DNA from: Ilumatobacteraceae bacterium
GTDB taxonomy: Bacteria > Actinomycetota > Acidimicrobiia > Acidimicrobiales > Ilumatobacteraceae
Assembly: GCA_963747375.1 (NCBI GenBank)
Contig: CAVVFL010000016.1
Span: 75,136-139,135 of the forward strand
DNA length: 64,000 nucleotides
Direction of reading: 5' to 3'
Positions within the stretch are counted from its first letter, which is position 1. Each line of letters begins with the position of its first letter. The notes beneath the pieces are model-generated. The model did no database searches, was not told the DNA's origin, and saw nothing but the letters and a program-made list of their open reading frames with translations. Of this stretch, positions 53,425 to 63,930 are shown piece after piece. A program made the position numbers and the translations under genes.

Positions 53425-55726
53425 ATGGGTCGAAGCACGTGGATCCGTCCGGTCGGCGCACTGGTCGCTCTCGCCGTGATCGCCGCGGGATGCAGCAGCG
53501 ACGATGACTCGTCGTCCGACAGCACGGTGCCGGCGACGACCGAAGCCAGCGCCCCGACCACCGAAGCCGGCCTCACCGGCGACGGCCTCGACGTCGGCCT
53601 GCTCGCACCGTCGCCGGGCCTGCTCGCCACCCTGTTCCTCGGCCAGGATCGAGGAAGCGGATTCGCCGTCGACGACGTGAACAGCGGTGGAGGCGTACTG
53701 GACGGTCCGCTCACGATCACCAGGTCGGTCGCCGAGCCAGGCGCCGAACCGACCGCCAACGCACAGGCGGCGGTTGACGCCGGCGCCCAGGCCTTGATCG
53801 GTCCGGCCGGATCGGCCGACATCGTCGCAGTTCGTGATGAGATCGCTTCGCTCGGCTCGACGGCCTGCAGCGCGTCGGCGTCACTTCCCGGTGCCACGCT
53901 CGGCCAGGATCCGCTCGCTCTCGTCCGCACCGTCCTGCCCGACGACGTCACGACCACGTACCTCGCCGGCCGCATCATCAGCCGACGCGACGAGGTTGCT
54001 CCCGGCGCCGCCTGGAAGGTGGCGATCGTCGCTCGCAGCGATGCGTACGGCCAGTCGATCAGCAACGGCCTTGCGGCGATCCTGCAGGCCGCAGGGCTCC
54101 AGCCGTCGGTGGTCGGCTACAACCCACGGCGAGTGACGTTCACCGGCACGGCGGAAGATGTGGTTGCGATCCAGCCGGATCTGAGCATCCTGGTGACCTA
54201 CGAGGAGGGTGCCAACCTGTTGTCGGCGCTCGTGACCGCCGGTGTCGACCCGGCGACGATGATCGGGCTGGACGCCTTCTTCCAACCGCGGATCGCCGAT
54301 CTCGCAACCGCAGGGACCGACGCGACGGCCGTCGACGGTTTCCAGGCATTGGGTGCGATGGGGAACCGTGCATTCCTGCAGCGTCTGTACGACGACGACC
54401 CCAACGGCCAAGTCGCAAATGCCGCGCAGGCATACGACTGCGCCGTCATGCTGTCGCTCGCCACTGCGGTGGTCGATGCCGGCGACGCCGACTCGCTTGC
54501 ACAGGCGATGATCGACGTGACCGGCGACGGCGTCACCTGCACGACCTACGCCGACTGTCTCGACAAGCTGAACGCCGGCGAGAACATCAACTACGACGGT
54601 GTTTCCGGTCAGATCCAACTCGACGAGAACGGCGACCCCACGTTCGCCCGCTTCACGACGGCCAAGCTCGAGGGTGGCGTCGTGACCGACATTCAGAGCT
54701 CCGACGTCGACATCGCCGACATCAGGCGTCAGCAGGAGGCATACGCCGCGGCGGCGTTGAACACCAAGATCCAGCAGGCGCTGACGTTCCTCGGCTTCTA
54801 CACCGGCCCGATCGACGGCCTCGACAGCCCCGAGTTCCGTGCGGCGCTCGCCGCCTTCCAGAGCCTCGGTTGGCCTGCCGCCGACTGGTGTGTGGGACGA
54901 GGCGACCGATGCCGCGATGCGTGCCGAACTCGGCGACCAGGCGGCCGCGCTCATGCAGAGCACCATGGAGGTTCAGCAACTCCTCACCGAACTCGGGTTC
55001 TACTCCGGGCCGATCGATGGCATCTGGACCCAGGAGGTCACCGATGCGGTCAAGGCGCTGCAGCGTGAGCTGGGCGTACCGGAGACCGGCATCATCGACG
55101 CCGCGACGCTGCAGGCTGCCTACGCCCGCGGCCTGTCGACCGGCGCGACGACCACCACGACGACACCGGCCGAAACGACCGTTCCACCCACGACCCTGTC
55201 ACCCACCACCGCACCGCCGGTGACTGCGCCGCCCGAGACGACGACACCACCGGTGACGACCGTGCCACCGACCACGGCGCCCCCGGTGATCACCGTGCCA
55301 CCCGAGCCGCCGGTCGACCTTCCGGCCTTGCTCGTGGCGCTGGACGAGGCGGGGTACACGACGTTCGCAGCGCTGCTGCGGGCCGCAGATTTCGGCGCCG
55401 ACTTCACCTTCGCCGACAGGTACACACTTTTCCCGCCGACAGATGCCGCGTTCGAGGCTGCGGATGTCAGCGTCGACGACTTCGTGGGCAAGGAGATCGA
55501 GTTGAGCAAGCTGCTCGCCGACTACGCCATCGAAGGTGAGTTCACGCTGGACGAATTGGCAGCGCGGCTCGAACCCGACGGGACGCTCGAGATGCTGAGT
55601 GGGAATTTCTTCCCGGTGGTCGTCAGCGGGACCACGGCGACCTTGGGCGGCTCGACCGTGCTGCAACCGCCGGTCCTGGCATCGAACGGGATCATCCACG
55701 GCCTCGACTCGCTGTACACGCCCTGA
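53425..55726 (+). CDS. Multidomain lipoprotein: type-1 solute-binding (Leu/Ile/Val-binding-like) domain + two peptidoglycan-binding repeats + Pro/Thr linker + fasciclin (FAS1) domain; frame broken once near 54862
   Basis: GAGGAG RBS, then signal peptide plus lipobox (LAVIAAGCSS). The solute-binding region is about 400 aa. The PG-binding repeats are LTFLGFYTGPIDGLDSPEFRAALAAFQS...GLPPTGVWD and LTELGFYSGPIDGIWTQEVTDAVKALQRELGVPETGIID. The linker is TTTTTTPAETTVPPTT.... The FAS1-like end is FTLFPPTDAAFEA...NGIIHGLDSLY. Confidence 0.7.
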
Positions 55727-55750
55727 CGCTCACCACGTAGTGTCGTGACC

Positions 55751-57190
55751 ATGTCGCGACAGACGGCTGCAGTGTTCGATCTGGATCGGACGTTGATCAC
55801 GTCGTCGTCGGCGACCGTGTTCCGCAGGCACCTTGCCGAGCACGGTCTCGGCGGCGGCCACGACCTGCCGCTCGTCGACGTGTTCACGCGGTTCTACGAG
55901 CAGTTCGGTGAGACCTGGCTCTTGATGCAGCCGGCGCGACTTGCCAGCCGGGCATCGGGCGGCTGGAGCACCGCAACGGTCGACACGGCGATGCGCGCTG
56001 CCGCTGACGAACTCGCCACGATGCTGCTCCCAGGTGCGGTGAAGGCGATCGAGGAGCATCGTGCCGCCGGCCGGTTGTTGGTGATGGCCACCACGTCGCC
56101 GCGGCCGTTCGTCGAACCGTTTGCCGAGCGCCTCGGATTCGACGCGACGGTCGCAACCCGGTGGGTGCGCGCCGATGGGCCCGACGGCGAGGTGTTCACC
56201 GGCCGGATGGACGGACCCTTCGTGTGGGGGCGCACGAAGGCCGATGCCGTCGCCGAGTGGGCGAGCGAGCGCAATGTCGACCTGTCCGAGAGCTGGGCGT
56301 ACAGCGACAGCTATTTCGACGCGTCGCTGCTCGCGGCGGTCGGCCATCCCGTCGCGGTGAACCCCGACACCCAGTTGCGGATCACGGCCACGATCCGCGG
56401 GTGGCCGGTGACGCACTTCGACCGCGCCGAGGGTGTCGCCAAGATCGCCGGTCGGGAACTCCAGGAGTGGGGCCGCCCGTTCGTGCGGCCGCAGATCATG
56501 GCCCCGAACGCACGGATCGAGTTCGAGGGCATCGAGAACATCCCGTCGTCGGGGCCGGCGATCGTCGTGTTCAACCACCGCTCGTACTTCGACCCCACTG
56601 TGATGGCGCTGGTGATCGCCAAAGCGGGCCGCAACGTCCGTGGGCTCGGCAAGAAGGAAGTGTTCGACGTCCCGCTCGTCGGTCGCCTGATGAAGGCATC
56701 CGGCGGCATCCGCGTCGACCGCGGCACCGGGTCCGACGAGCCGCTCGACGCGGCGATCGCCGCCGTCGAGGCCGGCGAACTGTTGATGATCGCTCCCGAA
56801 GGCACCATCCCGCGTGGCCTGGCGTTCTTCGACCCGGTGCTCAAGGGCCGCTGGGGTGCTGCCCGAATCGCCGCTGCGACCGGTGCGCCGGTGATCCCGG
56901 TCGGGCTCTGGGGGACCGAGAAGGTGTGGCCGCGCAGCTCGCGGCTGCCGAAGTTGTCGCTCACCGACCGCCCGCTCGTGACTGCCACGGTCGGGCGCCC
57001 GGTGGCTCTGAAGTACCGCAACCCCGATGCCGACACCAAGAAGATCATGAAGGCGCTCAGCGCGCTGCTGCCGCCGGAGGCCCGCGTGCGTCGCACACCG
57101 ACGCCGCAGGAGTTGGCGCTGACGTACCCGGCCGGATATCACGGAGACCCGGAGGCCGAGCTCGACCGCCGCCCCGGCACCGATACCTGA
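55751..57190 (+). CDS. HAD-IB phosphatase-like domain fused to a PlsC-type 1-acylglycerol-3-phosphate acyltransferase
   Basis: Intact. AVFDLDRTLI...ATTSP...AYSDSYFD is the HAD part. VFNHRSYFDPTV...PEGTIPRG is the acyltransferase part (H(X)4D and EGT motifs). Confidence 0.8.
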   Translation: MSRQTAAVFDLDRTLITSSSATVFRRHLAEHGLGGGHDLPLVDVFTRFYEQFGETWLLMQPARLASRASGGWSTATVDTAMRAAADELATMLLPGAVKAIEEHRAAGRLLVMATTSPRPFVEPFAERLGFDATVATRWVRADGPDGEVFTGRMDGPFVWGRTKADAVAEWASERNVDLSESWAYSDSYFDASLLAAVGHPVAVNPDTQLRITATIRGWPVTHFDRAEGVAKIAGRELQEWGRPFVRPQIMAPNARIEFEGIENIPSSGPAIVVFNHRSYFDPTVMALVIAKAGRNVRGLGKKEVFDVPLVGRLMKASGGIRVDRGTGSDEPLDAAIAAVEAGELLMIAPEGTIPRGLAFFDPVLKGRWGAARIAAATGAPVIPVGLWGTEKVWPRSSRLPKLSLTDRPLVTATVGRPVALKYRNPDADTKKIMKALSALLPPEARVRRTPTPQELALTYPAGYHGDPEAELDRRPGTDT

Positions 57191-57229
57191 CCAACCCGAC
57201 GAACACACGAACGACCGATCGAGGACGCA

Positions 57230-58685
57230 ATGGCCGAAACCCGAGAACGCGAGATGCGGTTCAGCGACCGCATGTCCGACCACGAGGCCCTCATGTGGAA
57301 CATCGAGAAGGACCCGTGGCTCAACCCGAGCGGCGCAGCCCTGACGATCCTGGAGGGAACGGTCGACGAGGAGCACTTCCGACGGACAATGCGGCGAGCG
57401 GTTGCGAAGATGCCGCGCCTCTACGAACGGGTGGTGCCGGGGCTCGGCCGCCTCGCACCGCCGGCGTGGGTGCCCGACCCCGAGTTCGACATCGACTACC
57501 ACATGCGCCGGCTGCGTCTCCCGAAGCCCGGCACCGACCGGCAGTTGTTCGACCTTGCCGCGCAGCTGTACCAGGAACCGCTCGATCGGACCCGACCGCT
57601 GTGGCGTTTCGTCGTCATCGACGGGACTCAAGGGTGGCCGATCCGCGATCTGGTCGATCGTGCACCATGCCGTCAGCGATGGCATCGGGCAGCTCCGCAT
57701 GGCGGAGATGTACCAGCAGCTCGACCCGAACGATCCGCCACCGGACGACATCGACCTCGAAGCGATCGTCGCCACTGCAGTCGAGGCGCATCACGCCAAG
57801 CAGTTGGGAGGCGATCTCACCGATGGATTCGCCTCCACGCTCGGCCAGTCGCTCGCGCATCTCGTACGGCGCGAGCTCGGCGTCGTGCGGCGGGTGGCCG
57901 GTGAAGTGGTCATCTGGCCGGCAGACCCGAAGCGCGCCCGCGACACGATCGAGGATGCGCTCGGCGCACTGACGTCGACGCTCGGAGCGCTCACCGGGTC
58001 GGGCAACGAGGTCGCCGGAGGGTCGCCACTGTGGAAGGAGAGGTCGCGACATCGCCACCTCGAGCACGTGTCCGTGCCGCTCGACGAGCTGAAGGCGGCC
58101 GCAAGACGACTCGACGTCACGATCAATGACGTGTTTCTCGCCGCCATGACCGAGGGCGCCGTCCGCTACCACGCCGATCGTGGCGTCGACGTCGATGCGT
58201 TCAACACGAGCTTCGTGTTGAGCACGCGCCACGACAGCGCGATCGGCGGGAACTCGTTCACGCCGGTACCGGTCCAGGTGCCCGGTGATCTGATGCCACT
58301 CGCCGAGCGGATTGCCGACGTCCACGACCGTCTCGCCGCCAAGCGCGAGTCGATGTCGACAGGCGGCGGGATGGGCGCGCTCTCGGGCGTCGCCAATCTG
58401 TTGCCGACCTCCGTGGTCACGAGCGCGGCTCGTGCGGCGGCGGCGAAGATCGACTTCGCCACCTCGAACCTGCGCGGTGCGCCGTTCGCCCTGTACGTGT
58501 CGGGTGCGCGGGTGCTCAGGATCATCTCGATGGGTCCGGTGGCCGGAACGGCGTGCAATGCAACGGCGCTGTCGTACGAGAACAGCTTCGACGTCGGACT
58601 CTTCATCGATCCCACCGCGATCGACGCTCCGGGCGACTTCCGCGATGCCGTCCAGGCGGCATTCGACGACGTCCTCGCGCTCTGA
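57230..58685 (+). CDS. Wax ester synthase/diacylglycerol acyltransferase (WS/DGAT); frame broken once near 57625
   Basis: The N-terminus (DHEALMWNIEKDPWLNP...RPLWRFVVIDG) is in ORF 57230..57904. The remainder, with the active-site HHAVSDGIG, is in ORF 57402..58685. Confidence 0.85.
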
Positions 58686-58698
58686 CGGTGATGCACCG

Positions 58699-59704
58699 GT
58701 GACGCGGGCCCAACGGCTCGACCGTCCGCGGCCGGTCGATCAGCAACCGCTCGACAGCGTCGACATCGAGGTACCCGCGCCGGCGGCCGGCGAGATCACC
58801 ATCGAGGTGACCGTGTGCGGAGTGTGTCGAACCGACCTGCAGATCGTCGAGGGGGATCTCCCGGCGCGGCGCCTCCCGATCGTGCCCGGCCATCAGGTGG
58901 TCGGCCGGGTGAGCGCCGTCGGCGCCGGGGTCGATCGATGGGGCATCGGCGATCGCGTCGGGGTGGCGTGGCTGGCGGGTTCGTGCGGTGAATGCCCGGC
59001 CTGTCGATCGGGCAACGAGAATCTCTGTGACGACGCCGAGTTCACCGGGTGGGATCGCGACGGTGGATACGCCGAAACGATGACGGCGCGCGCCGACTTC
59101 GCGTTCGCCGTCCCCGACGGGTTCACCGACGTCGAAGCGGCGCCCCTGCTCTGCGGCGGGGTGATCGGATACCGGTCGTTGAAGATGTCCGGCATCCGGG
59201 CCGGACAACGACTGGGTCTGTTCGGGTTCGGAGCATCGGCGCTGCTGGCGATGCAGGTCGCACTCCACTGGGGCTGCGAGGTGTACGTGGCGACGCGGTC
59301 GCGAGCCCGAGCGGCAGCGGGCGCTCGAGCTCGGCGCCGCGTGGGTCGGCGGGTACGACGACACGCCGCCGGTACCGCTCGACGCGGCCGTGACATTCGC
59401 TCCCGTCGGTTCGGTGGTCGTCGCGGCGCTGCGGGCGATCGGCCCGGGTGGCACCGTCGCGGTCAACGCGATCCACCTCGACGAGGTGCCGTCGTTCGAC
59501 TACGACCTGCTGTGGCGCGAGCGCGGGCTGCGCAGCGTCGCCAACTTCACGCGACGCGACGCGGAGGAGTTCCTCGAGCTCGCGTCGGAGATTCCGATCC
59601 GAACCGTCGTGGCCGAGTATCGACTCGCGGACGCGAACCGGGCGCTGCATGATCTGTCGTGTGGCGACGTCAGTGGCGCCGCAGTGCTCGTCACAGGCTC
59701 CTGA
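58699..59704 (+). CDS. Zinc-dependent alcohol dehydrogenase (MDR family); frame broken once near 59299
   Basis: VCGVCRTDLQIVEGDLP...PGHQVVG...CGECPACRSGNENLC is in the frame of ORF 58312..59652. EPERQRALELGAAWVG...VTFAPVGSVV to the end is in the frame of ORF 59390..59704. Confidence 0.8.
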
Positions 59705-59748
59705 CGTCGGCCTCAGATCGGTGACCAGGGCTCGCGTAGAGTCGGCCC

Positions 59749-60600
59749 ATGCAGGTCAGCGAGTTGTGGCGATACCCGGTGAAGTCGATGGTCGGCGAGA
59801 CGGTCGACACGATCGAATTCGACGCGCTGGGCATCGTCGGCGACCGCACGTGGGCGGCGCGCGACCTCGAACGGGGTGGGATCCGTGGCGCCAAGAAGAT
59901 CGGCACACTGATGCGGCTCGCCGCACACGATCTGGGCGACGGTGACGTGGAGATCACGCTGCCCGATGGGGCAACCGTCCGCACGAGTGACGCCGACGTC
60001 CACGAGCGGGTGAGTGCCGCGATCGACCACCCGGTTCACCTCGAGCGGCTGCGTCCGGCCGACGACCTCGACCACTACCGACGCGGCGCGCCCGACTCCG
60101 ATGATGTGGTCGCCGAGTTGCGGGGGATCTTCGGACGCGAGGGCGACGAACCGTTCCCCGACTTCTCGGTCTTTCCTCCGATCATCGCCGAGTTCGAGTC
60201 GCCCCCCGGCACGTACTACGACGTGTTCCCGTTGATGGTGATGACCACCGCAGCGCTCGCCGCACTGGGTCGAGCACTGCCCGACTCGACCGTCGACGTC
60301 CGTCGCTTCCGGCCATCGCTGATGATCGAGACCGGCGACGATGGCGCCGACGCATCGACTCCGGGGCACCCCGAATTCGACTGGCGTGGTCGGCGGGCGA
60401 CCGTCGGATCGGCGACGATCGAGTTCGGCGCACCGTGCCCGCGCTGCGTGATGGTCACGCGGGAGATCAACGACGCGATTCCGGCCGACCGCTCGGTCCT
60501 GCGCCACATCGTGCGCGACCTCGACCAGAACCTCGGCGTCTACGCAACGATCGTGGCGCCGGGCAAGGTCGCGGTCGGCGACTCGTTGACGCTGCTCTGA
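59749..60600 (+). CDS. MOSC domain-containing protein (N-terminal beta-barrel + MOSC)
   Basis: Intact 283 aa. Contains LWRYPVKSMVGE...GDRTWA...RFRPSLMIE...PCPRCVMVT. Confidence 0.8.
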   Translation: MQVSELWRYPVKSMVGETVDTIEFDALGIVGDRTWAARDLERGGIRGAKKIGTLMRLAAHDLGDGDVEITLPDGATVRTSDADVHERVSAAIDHPVHLERLRPADDLDHYRRGAPDSDDVVAELRGIFGREGDEPFPDFSVFPPIIAEFESPPGTYYDVFPLMVMTTAALAALGRALPDSTVDVRRFRPSLMIETGDDGADASTPGHPEFDWRGRRATVGSATIEFGAPCPRCVMVTREINDAIPADRSVLRHIVRDLDQNLGVYATIVAPGKVAVGDSLTLL

Positions 60601-60633
60601 CGCTCTGGGCTCCGATGCTCTCGTCCAGCCTCG

Positions 60634-62229
60634 TCAGGGGCTGGCGACGAACGTGTTGAGGATCTGGTCGGCGGCCTCGAGGTCGCGCTCCTCGACTGCT
60701 TGGATCAGCAATCGCGCGAGGTAGCTCCCGTCGGCGGGGACGACGGCGAGGACGAAGATGATGGCACCGGTACCGCCACAGTTGGAGTACGTGTCGAGCG
60801 ACCCTGCGTACAGGGGGTCGGAGTACGGGATTCGTCCCTCGTAGGTGCACGAGTCGACGAAGCTCAGTTCATCGAGCGTCGCGTTGATGTCGGGCAGACT
60901 CCGATCGCTCGTTGCCTCGATGATGACGCCGGGCGTGTCGAAGGTGGCGGTGAACGATTGGAGGTCTGGTGCGGCATAGAGGCTCGGCCCGAAGTCGGGG
61001 TTCGGTGCTCCGTCGATGTCGAACCACTCCGCCGGCACATCGGCGCTGATCGAGCCGGTGTCGTCGGAGACATTCACGTAGTCGGTGTAGGCGTCGGTGG
61101 CCGGATTGTCGGTGGCGACCTCGTCCTGGTAGGTCTGGGCGAATGAGAAGGACAGTGTCAAGGGATCGCCGTTGAGCTGGCCTTCGTAGACCTCCTCGGT
61201 CGAGAACCGGAGGACCTCGATACTCATCGTGGCGTCAGAGCCCTGGGTGCGGATGACGTCGCAGTAATCGCTCATCGTGCCGTCGAGCGCGAGGTCGATG
61301 CCTTCGAGGCGGGTGATGATGTCGCCGGGCAGGATGCCGGCGAGATCGGCCGGCGAGCCGCTCTTGACGCTCGCCACCCAGATGCCGTTGATACCGGCCT
61401 CCTGGTCGAGCACCGCTTCGCCGTTGATGCCGATCGACTCGACGTTGGTCCCCGCGGTGAGCTCGTCGATGATCGGGCGGGCGTCGGCGGCGGAGATGGC
61501 GTAGTTCTGGTCGCTCGCGTCGATGCCGGAGTAGTTGATGCCGACGATGCGACCCTCGGTGTCGACCAGCGGGCCGCCCGAATTGCCGCCGCGGATACGA
61601 GCGTCGTGTTCGAGCACTTCGTCGACCGACGCCCAGCTGGTCTCACCGCTCGCCGTCGTCGAGCTGATGATGCCGCGGGTGAGGGTGTAGTCGACCTCGT
61701 CGATGGTGTTCGCGTCGCTGGCCGGGTAGCCCGCGGCGTAGACCTCGAGGCCGGTGGTCACGTCGCCGTCGAAGTAGGACAGGGGCGTGTAGCCGGCGCC
61801 CTCGAGTTGGATGACGGCGAGGTCGTTGCATTCGCTGACGCCGAGGATCTTTGCGTTCACGGGCTTGTCCTCACCGGGCACCGTGACCTGCAACAGCGCG
61901 GCGCCGGTGACGACGTGGTTGTTCGTGACGACGATTCCATCCTCGGAGATGATTGCGCCGCTGCCGACACCGGCAGAATTCCGTTGTTCGCCGACCTCGG
62001 GGTCGACGAACGTGCCTTGGGCCAGGATCTTGACCACGGATTGCTCGACGTCGGCGATGTCGAAGGTGGTCGCGACGGTCGTCGGCGATTCCGTCGAATC
62101 GGTCGTCTTGGCGGTCGTCGTCACGTCGGTGGTGACGTCGGTGGTGACGTCGCTCGACGATGAGTCACCGCCCCCACAGGAAGCCATGGTCACGGCGCCA
62201 ACCGCAAGCAACACAACGATGCGATTCAT
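60634..62229 (-). CDS. Secreted S1C (trypsin/HtrA-like) serine protease lipoprotein with a PDZ-like region and an unassigned ~200-aa C-terminal domain
   Basis: Intact 531 aa with lipobox MASCGG. Contains GIVVTNNHVV (His), CNDLAVIQL (Asp), GGNSGGPLV (Ser) and SGSPADLAGILPGDIITRLEG (PDZ-like). Confidence 0.8.
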   Translation of the reverse strand: MNRIVVLLAVGAVTMASCGGGDSSSSDVTTDVTTDVTTTAKTTDSTESPTTVATTFDIADVEQSVVKILAQGTFVDPEVGEQRNSAGVGSGAIISEDGIVVTNNHVVTGAALLQVTVPGEDKPVNAKILGVSECNDLAVIQLEGAGYTPLSYFDGDVTTGLEVYAAGYPASDANTIDEVDYTLTRGIISSTTASGETSWASVDEVLEHDARIRGGNSGGPLVDTEGRIVGINYSGIDASDQNYAISAADARPIIDELTAGTNVESIGINGEAVLDQEAGINGIWVASVKSGSPADLAGILPGDIITRLEGIDLALDGTMSDYCDVIRTQGSDATMSIEVLRFSTEEVYEGQLNGDPLTLSFSFAQTYQDEVATDNPATDAYTDYVNVSDDTGSISADVPAEWFDIDGAPNPDFGPSLYAAPDLQSFTATFDTPGVIIEATSDRSLPDINATLDELSFVDSCTYEGRIPYSDPLYAGSLDTYSNCGGTGAIIFVLAVVPADGSYLARLLIQAVEERDLEAADQILNTFVASP

Positions 62230-62331
62230 GGGTCCTCCCCGGGTTCGGTGTTCATGTGGACACTACTCCCAGCGTGTTGCTCTACCAGGGACGAAGGGCC
62301 CGTCTCGTGCAAGATCGCGGCAGTTGTCCTC

Positions 62332-62763
62332 TCATGCGGCGAAGGGGTGTGAACGCGCGGCGACGAGTGGACCGCGACGCACGACAACGGTGCCCTCGGG
62401 GAACGACGAACAGACCTCGTGGATCATGTCGAGGTGTTCGGCGATGACGGAGTCGACCATGGTGTCGATGTCGTCGTACTCATCGATCGCTGTCTGTTCG
62501 AGCAGGTCGATCCAGCCGCCGCGATCGAGCCAGTCGTACACGGCGTCACGCAGATCGGCCTCGGTCACCCCCGGCCGGTCGACGACCATGGCAGTGGTGG
62601 TCGCGTAGCCGCTCGCCAGGCCGGGAAAGCCGCGGTTGCAGCCACAACGCTCGCCCGAGGCGCACTCGGTGGCGACCGGGGTGACGAGCTCGCCCTCGAC
62701 GGTCCAGGCGTAGTCGCCCTCGGCGGTTCCCTGCAGATCGTTCGTTGCGATCAGTACCAACAT
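62332..62763 (-). CDS. Hypothetical 143-aa protein
   Basis: Intact ORF with coding-like composition. No motif recognised. Confidence 0.5.
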   Translation of the reverse strand: MLVLIATNDLQGTAEGDYAWTVEGELVTPVATECASGERCGCNRGFPGLASGYATTTAMVVDRPGVTEADLRDAVYDWLDRGGWIDLLEQTAIDEYDDIDTMVDSVIAEHLDMIHEVCSSFPEGTVVVRRGPLVAARSHPFAA

Positions 62764-62828
62764 CGTTTCATCCTCCGGTTCTCGTACCTGTCGACGAGTG
62801 TGACGCGGGGCTGTGACAGAGTTGGGTC

Positions 62829-63278
62829 GTGGGCTACCGGCACGTCCAAGAAGCGAGATGGATGTGGCTGGTCAGTCTCACCGGGCTGATCGGATTGATC
62901 TGGGCGGCAGTGTCGATGCCGTTCCCATCGGTCGGAGCGATCGTCGCCGACCTGAGCTTCGCGCTGCTCGTGGTCATCGGCATGGTGATCTCCCGGCTGA
63001 GCACCTCGGTCGACGAGCGCTCGGTCACGGCGACGTTCGGGTGGGGCTGGCCGAAACGGGCGACCGACGTGGCCGACATCGTCAGCGCACGGCGCGTTCG
63101 CAACAGTTGGTGGCATGGCTGGGGCATCCGCATGGTCCGCCACGGTTGGATGTACAACGTCGCCGGCTACGACGCCGTCGAACTCGAGCTGCGGTCCGGC
63201 AGGGTGTTCCGCATCGGGACTGATGAACCGGATGCTCTCCTGGCAGCGATCGAGAGCGCCCACCCGTCGCGCGGCTGA
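62829..63278 (+). CDS. Hypothetical small membrane protein (two predicted TM helices, then a soluble C-terminal region)
   Basis: ORF 62829..63278. Contains WMWLVSLTGLIGLIWAAV and VADLSFALLVVIGMVI. The start may be the internal ATG. Confidence 0.45.
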   Translation: MGYRHVQEARWMWLVSLTGLIGLIWAAVSMPFPSVGAIVADLSFALLVVIGMVISRLSTSVDERSVTATFGWGWPKRATDVADIVSARRVRNSWWHGWGIRMVRHGWMYNVAGYDAVELELRSGRVFRIGTDEPDALLAAIESAHPSRG

Positions 63279-63281
63279 TAG

Positions 63282-63905
63282 TCAGTCGAGGCCGGCGTGT
63301 GCGCGGAACTCGTCGCGGGTGTTCGTGTGCGGGAACGGTTCGGACGGCTCCGGCAGTCCGAGTGCTGCACACAGCGGGCCCCATCCGTCGCCGGGCTGGT
63401 ACTCGAACAGCCGCTCGGGGGCGATCTCGGCGCGCACCGCAGCATTGTGGGCGTCGTAGGCGGCCATCACGCCGTCGGCGTCGTCCACTGCGACACCGAG
63501 GTTCCGTTCGAACATCGCGTTGATCATCGCCTTGTGCCGCTGGCTGTAGTCGTCGTCGTCGGCCGGCCGCTGCGTCGAGGGGAAGATGGTGGAGCTGGCA
63601 CTGTCCCACCACGCCTGTGCCGACGAGCGGGTGGACAGCAGGACCGGGGCGTCGGGGAACGCCGCCGCCAGCTCTCGCCAGACGGCCGCACCGGGGTAGT
63701 CGACGATGGCGCAGTAGTCGCCGAGCAACGCCGGGAAGTCGACCGACTCGCCGTGCATCGCCGCGTCCCAGACCGCGACCTCGTCGGGGTGCGCGAACAC
63801 TTCGATCATGTGGTGGCAGGTGCCGCCGAGCAGCTGTTCGAGCGCGAGCTTGAGCGACATGGTGCCGGTGCGGCCGAGGCCGACACCGACCAGTTGGATC
63901 GTCAT
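63282..63905 (-). CDS. Sulfotransferase-family protein
   Basis: Intact 207 aa. N-terminal PAPS-loop-like GVGLGRTGTMSL, with overall similarity to small bacterial sulfotransferases. Confidence 0.6.
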   Translation of the reverse strand: MTIQLVGVGLGRTGTMSLKLALEQLLGGTCHHMIEVFAHPDEVAVWDAAMHGESVDFPALLGDYCAIVDYPGAAVWRELAAAFPDAPVLLSTRSSAQAWWDSASSTIFPSTQRPADDDDYSQRHKAMINAMFERNLGVAVDDADGVMAAYDAHNAAVRAEIAPERLFEYQPGDGWGPLCAALGLPEPSEPFPHTNTRDEFRAHAGLD

Positions 63906-63930
63906 GCGCCGAGTATTGCGCGTGGACGAC

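Noticed and set aside
55730-57775. Very long ORFs on the opposite strand or in alternative frames of real genes. Examples: 55730..57775(-), 29824..32046(+), 240..2162(-) beyond 1967, 30335..32824(-), and the 348-aa extension of 24994..27495(-).
   Set aside because: These are typical high-GC shadow ORFs. Their translations are dominated by Arg/Pro/Gly/Ala with no family resemblance. They overlap genes that have clear conserved motifs.
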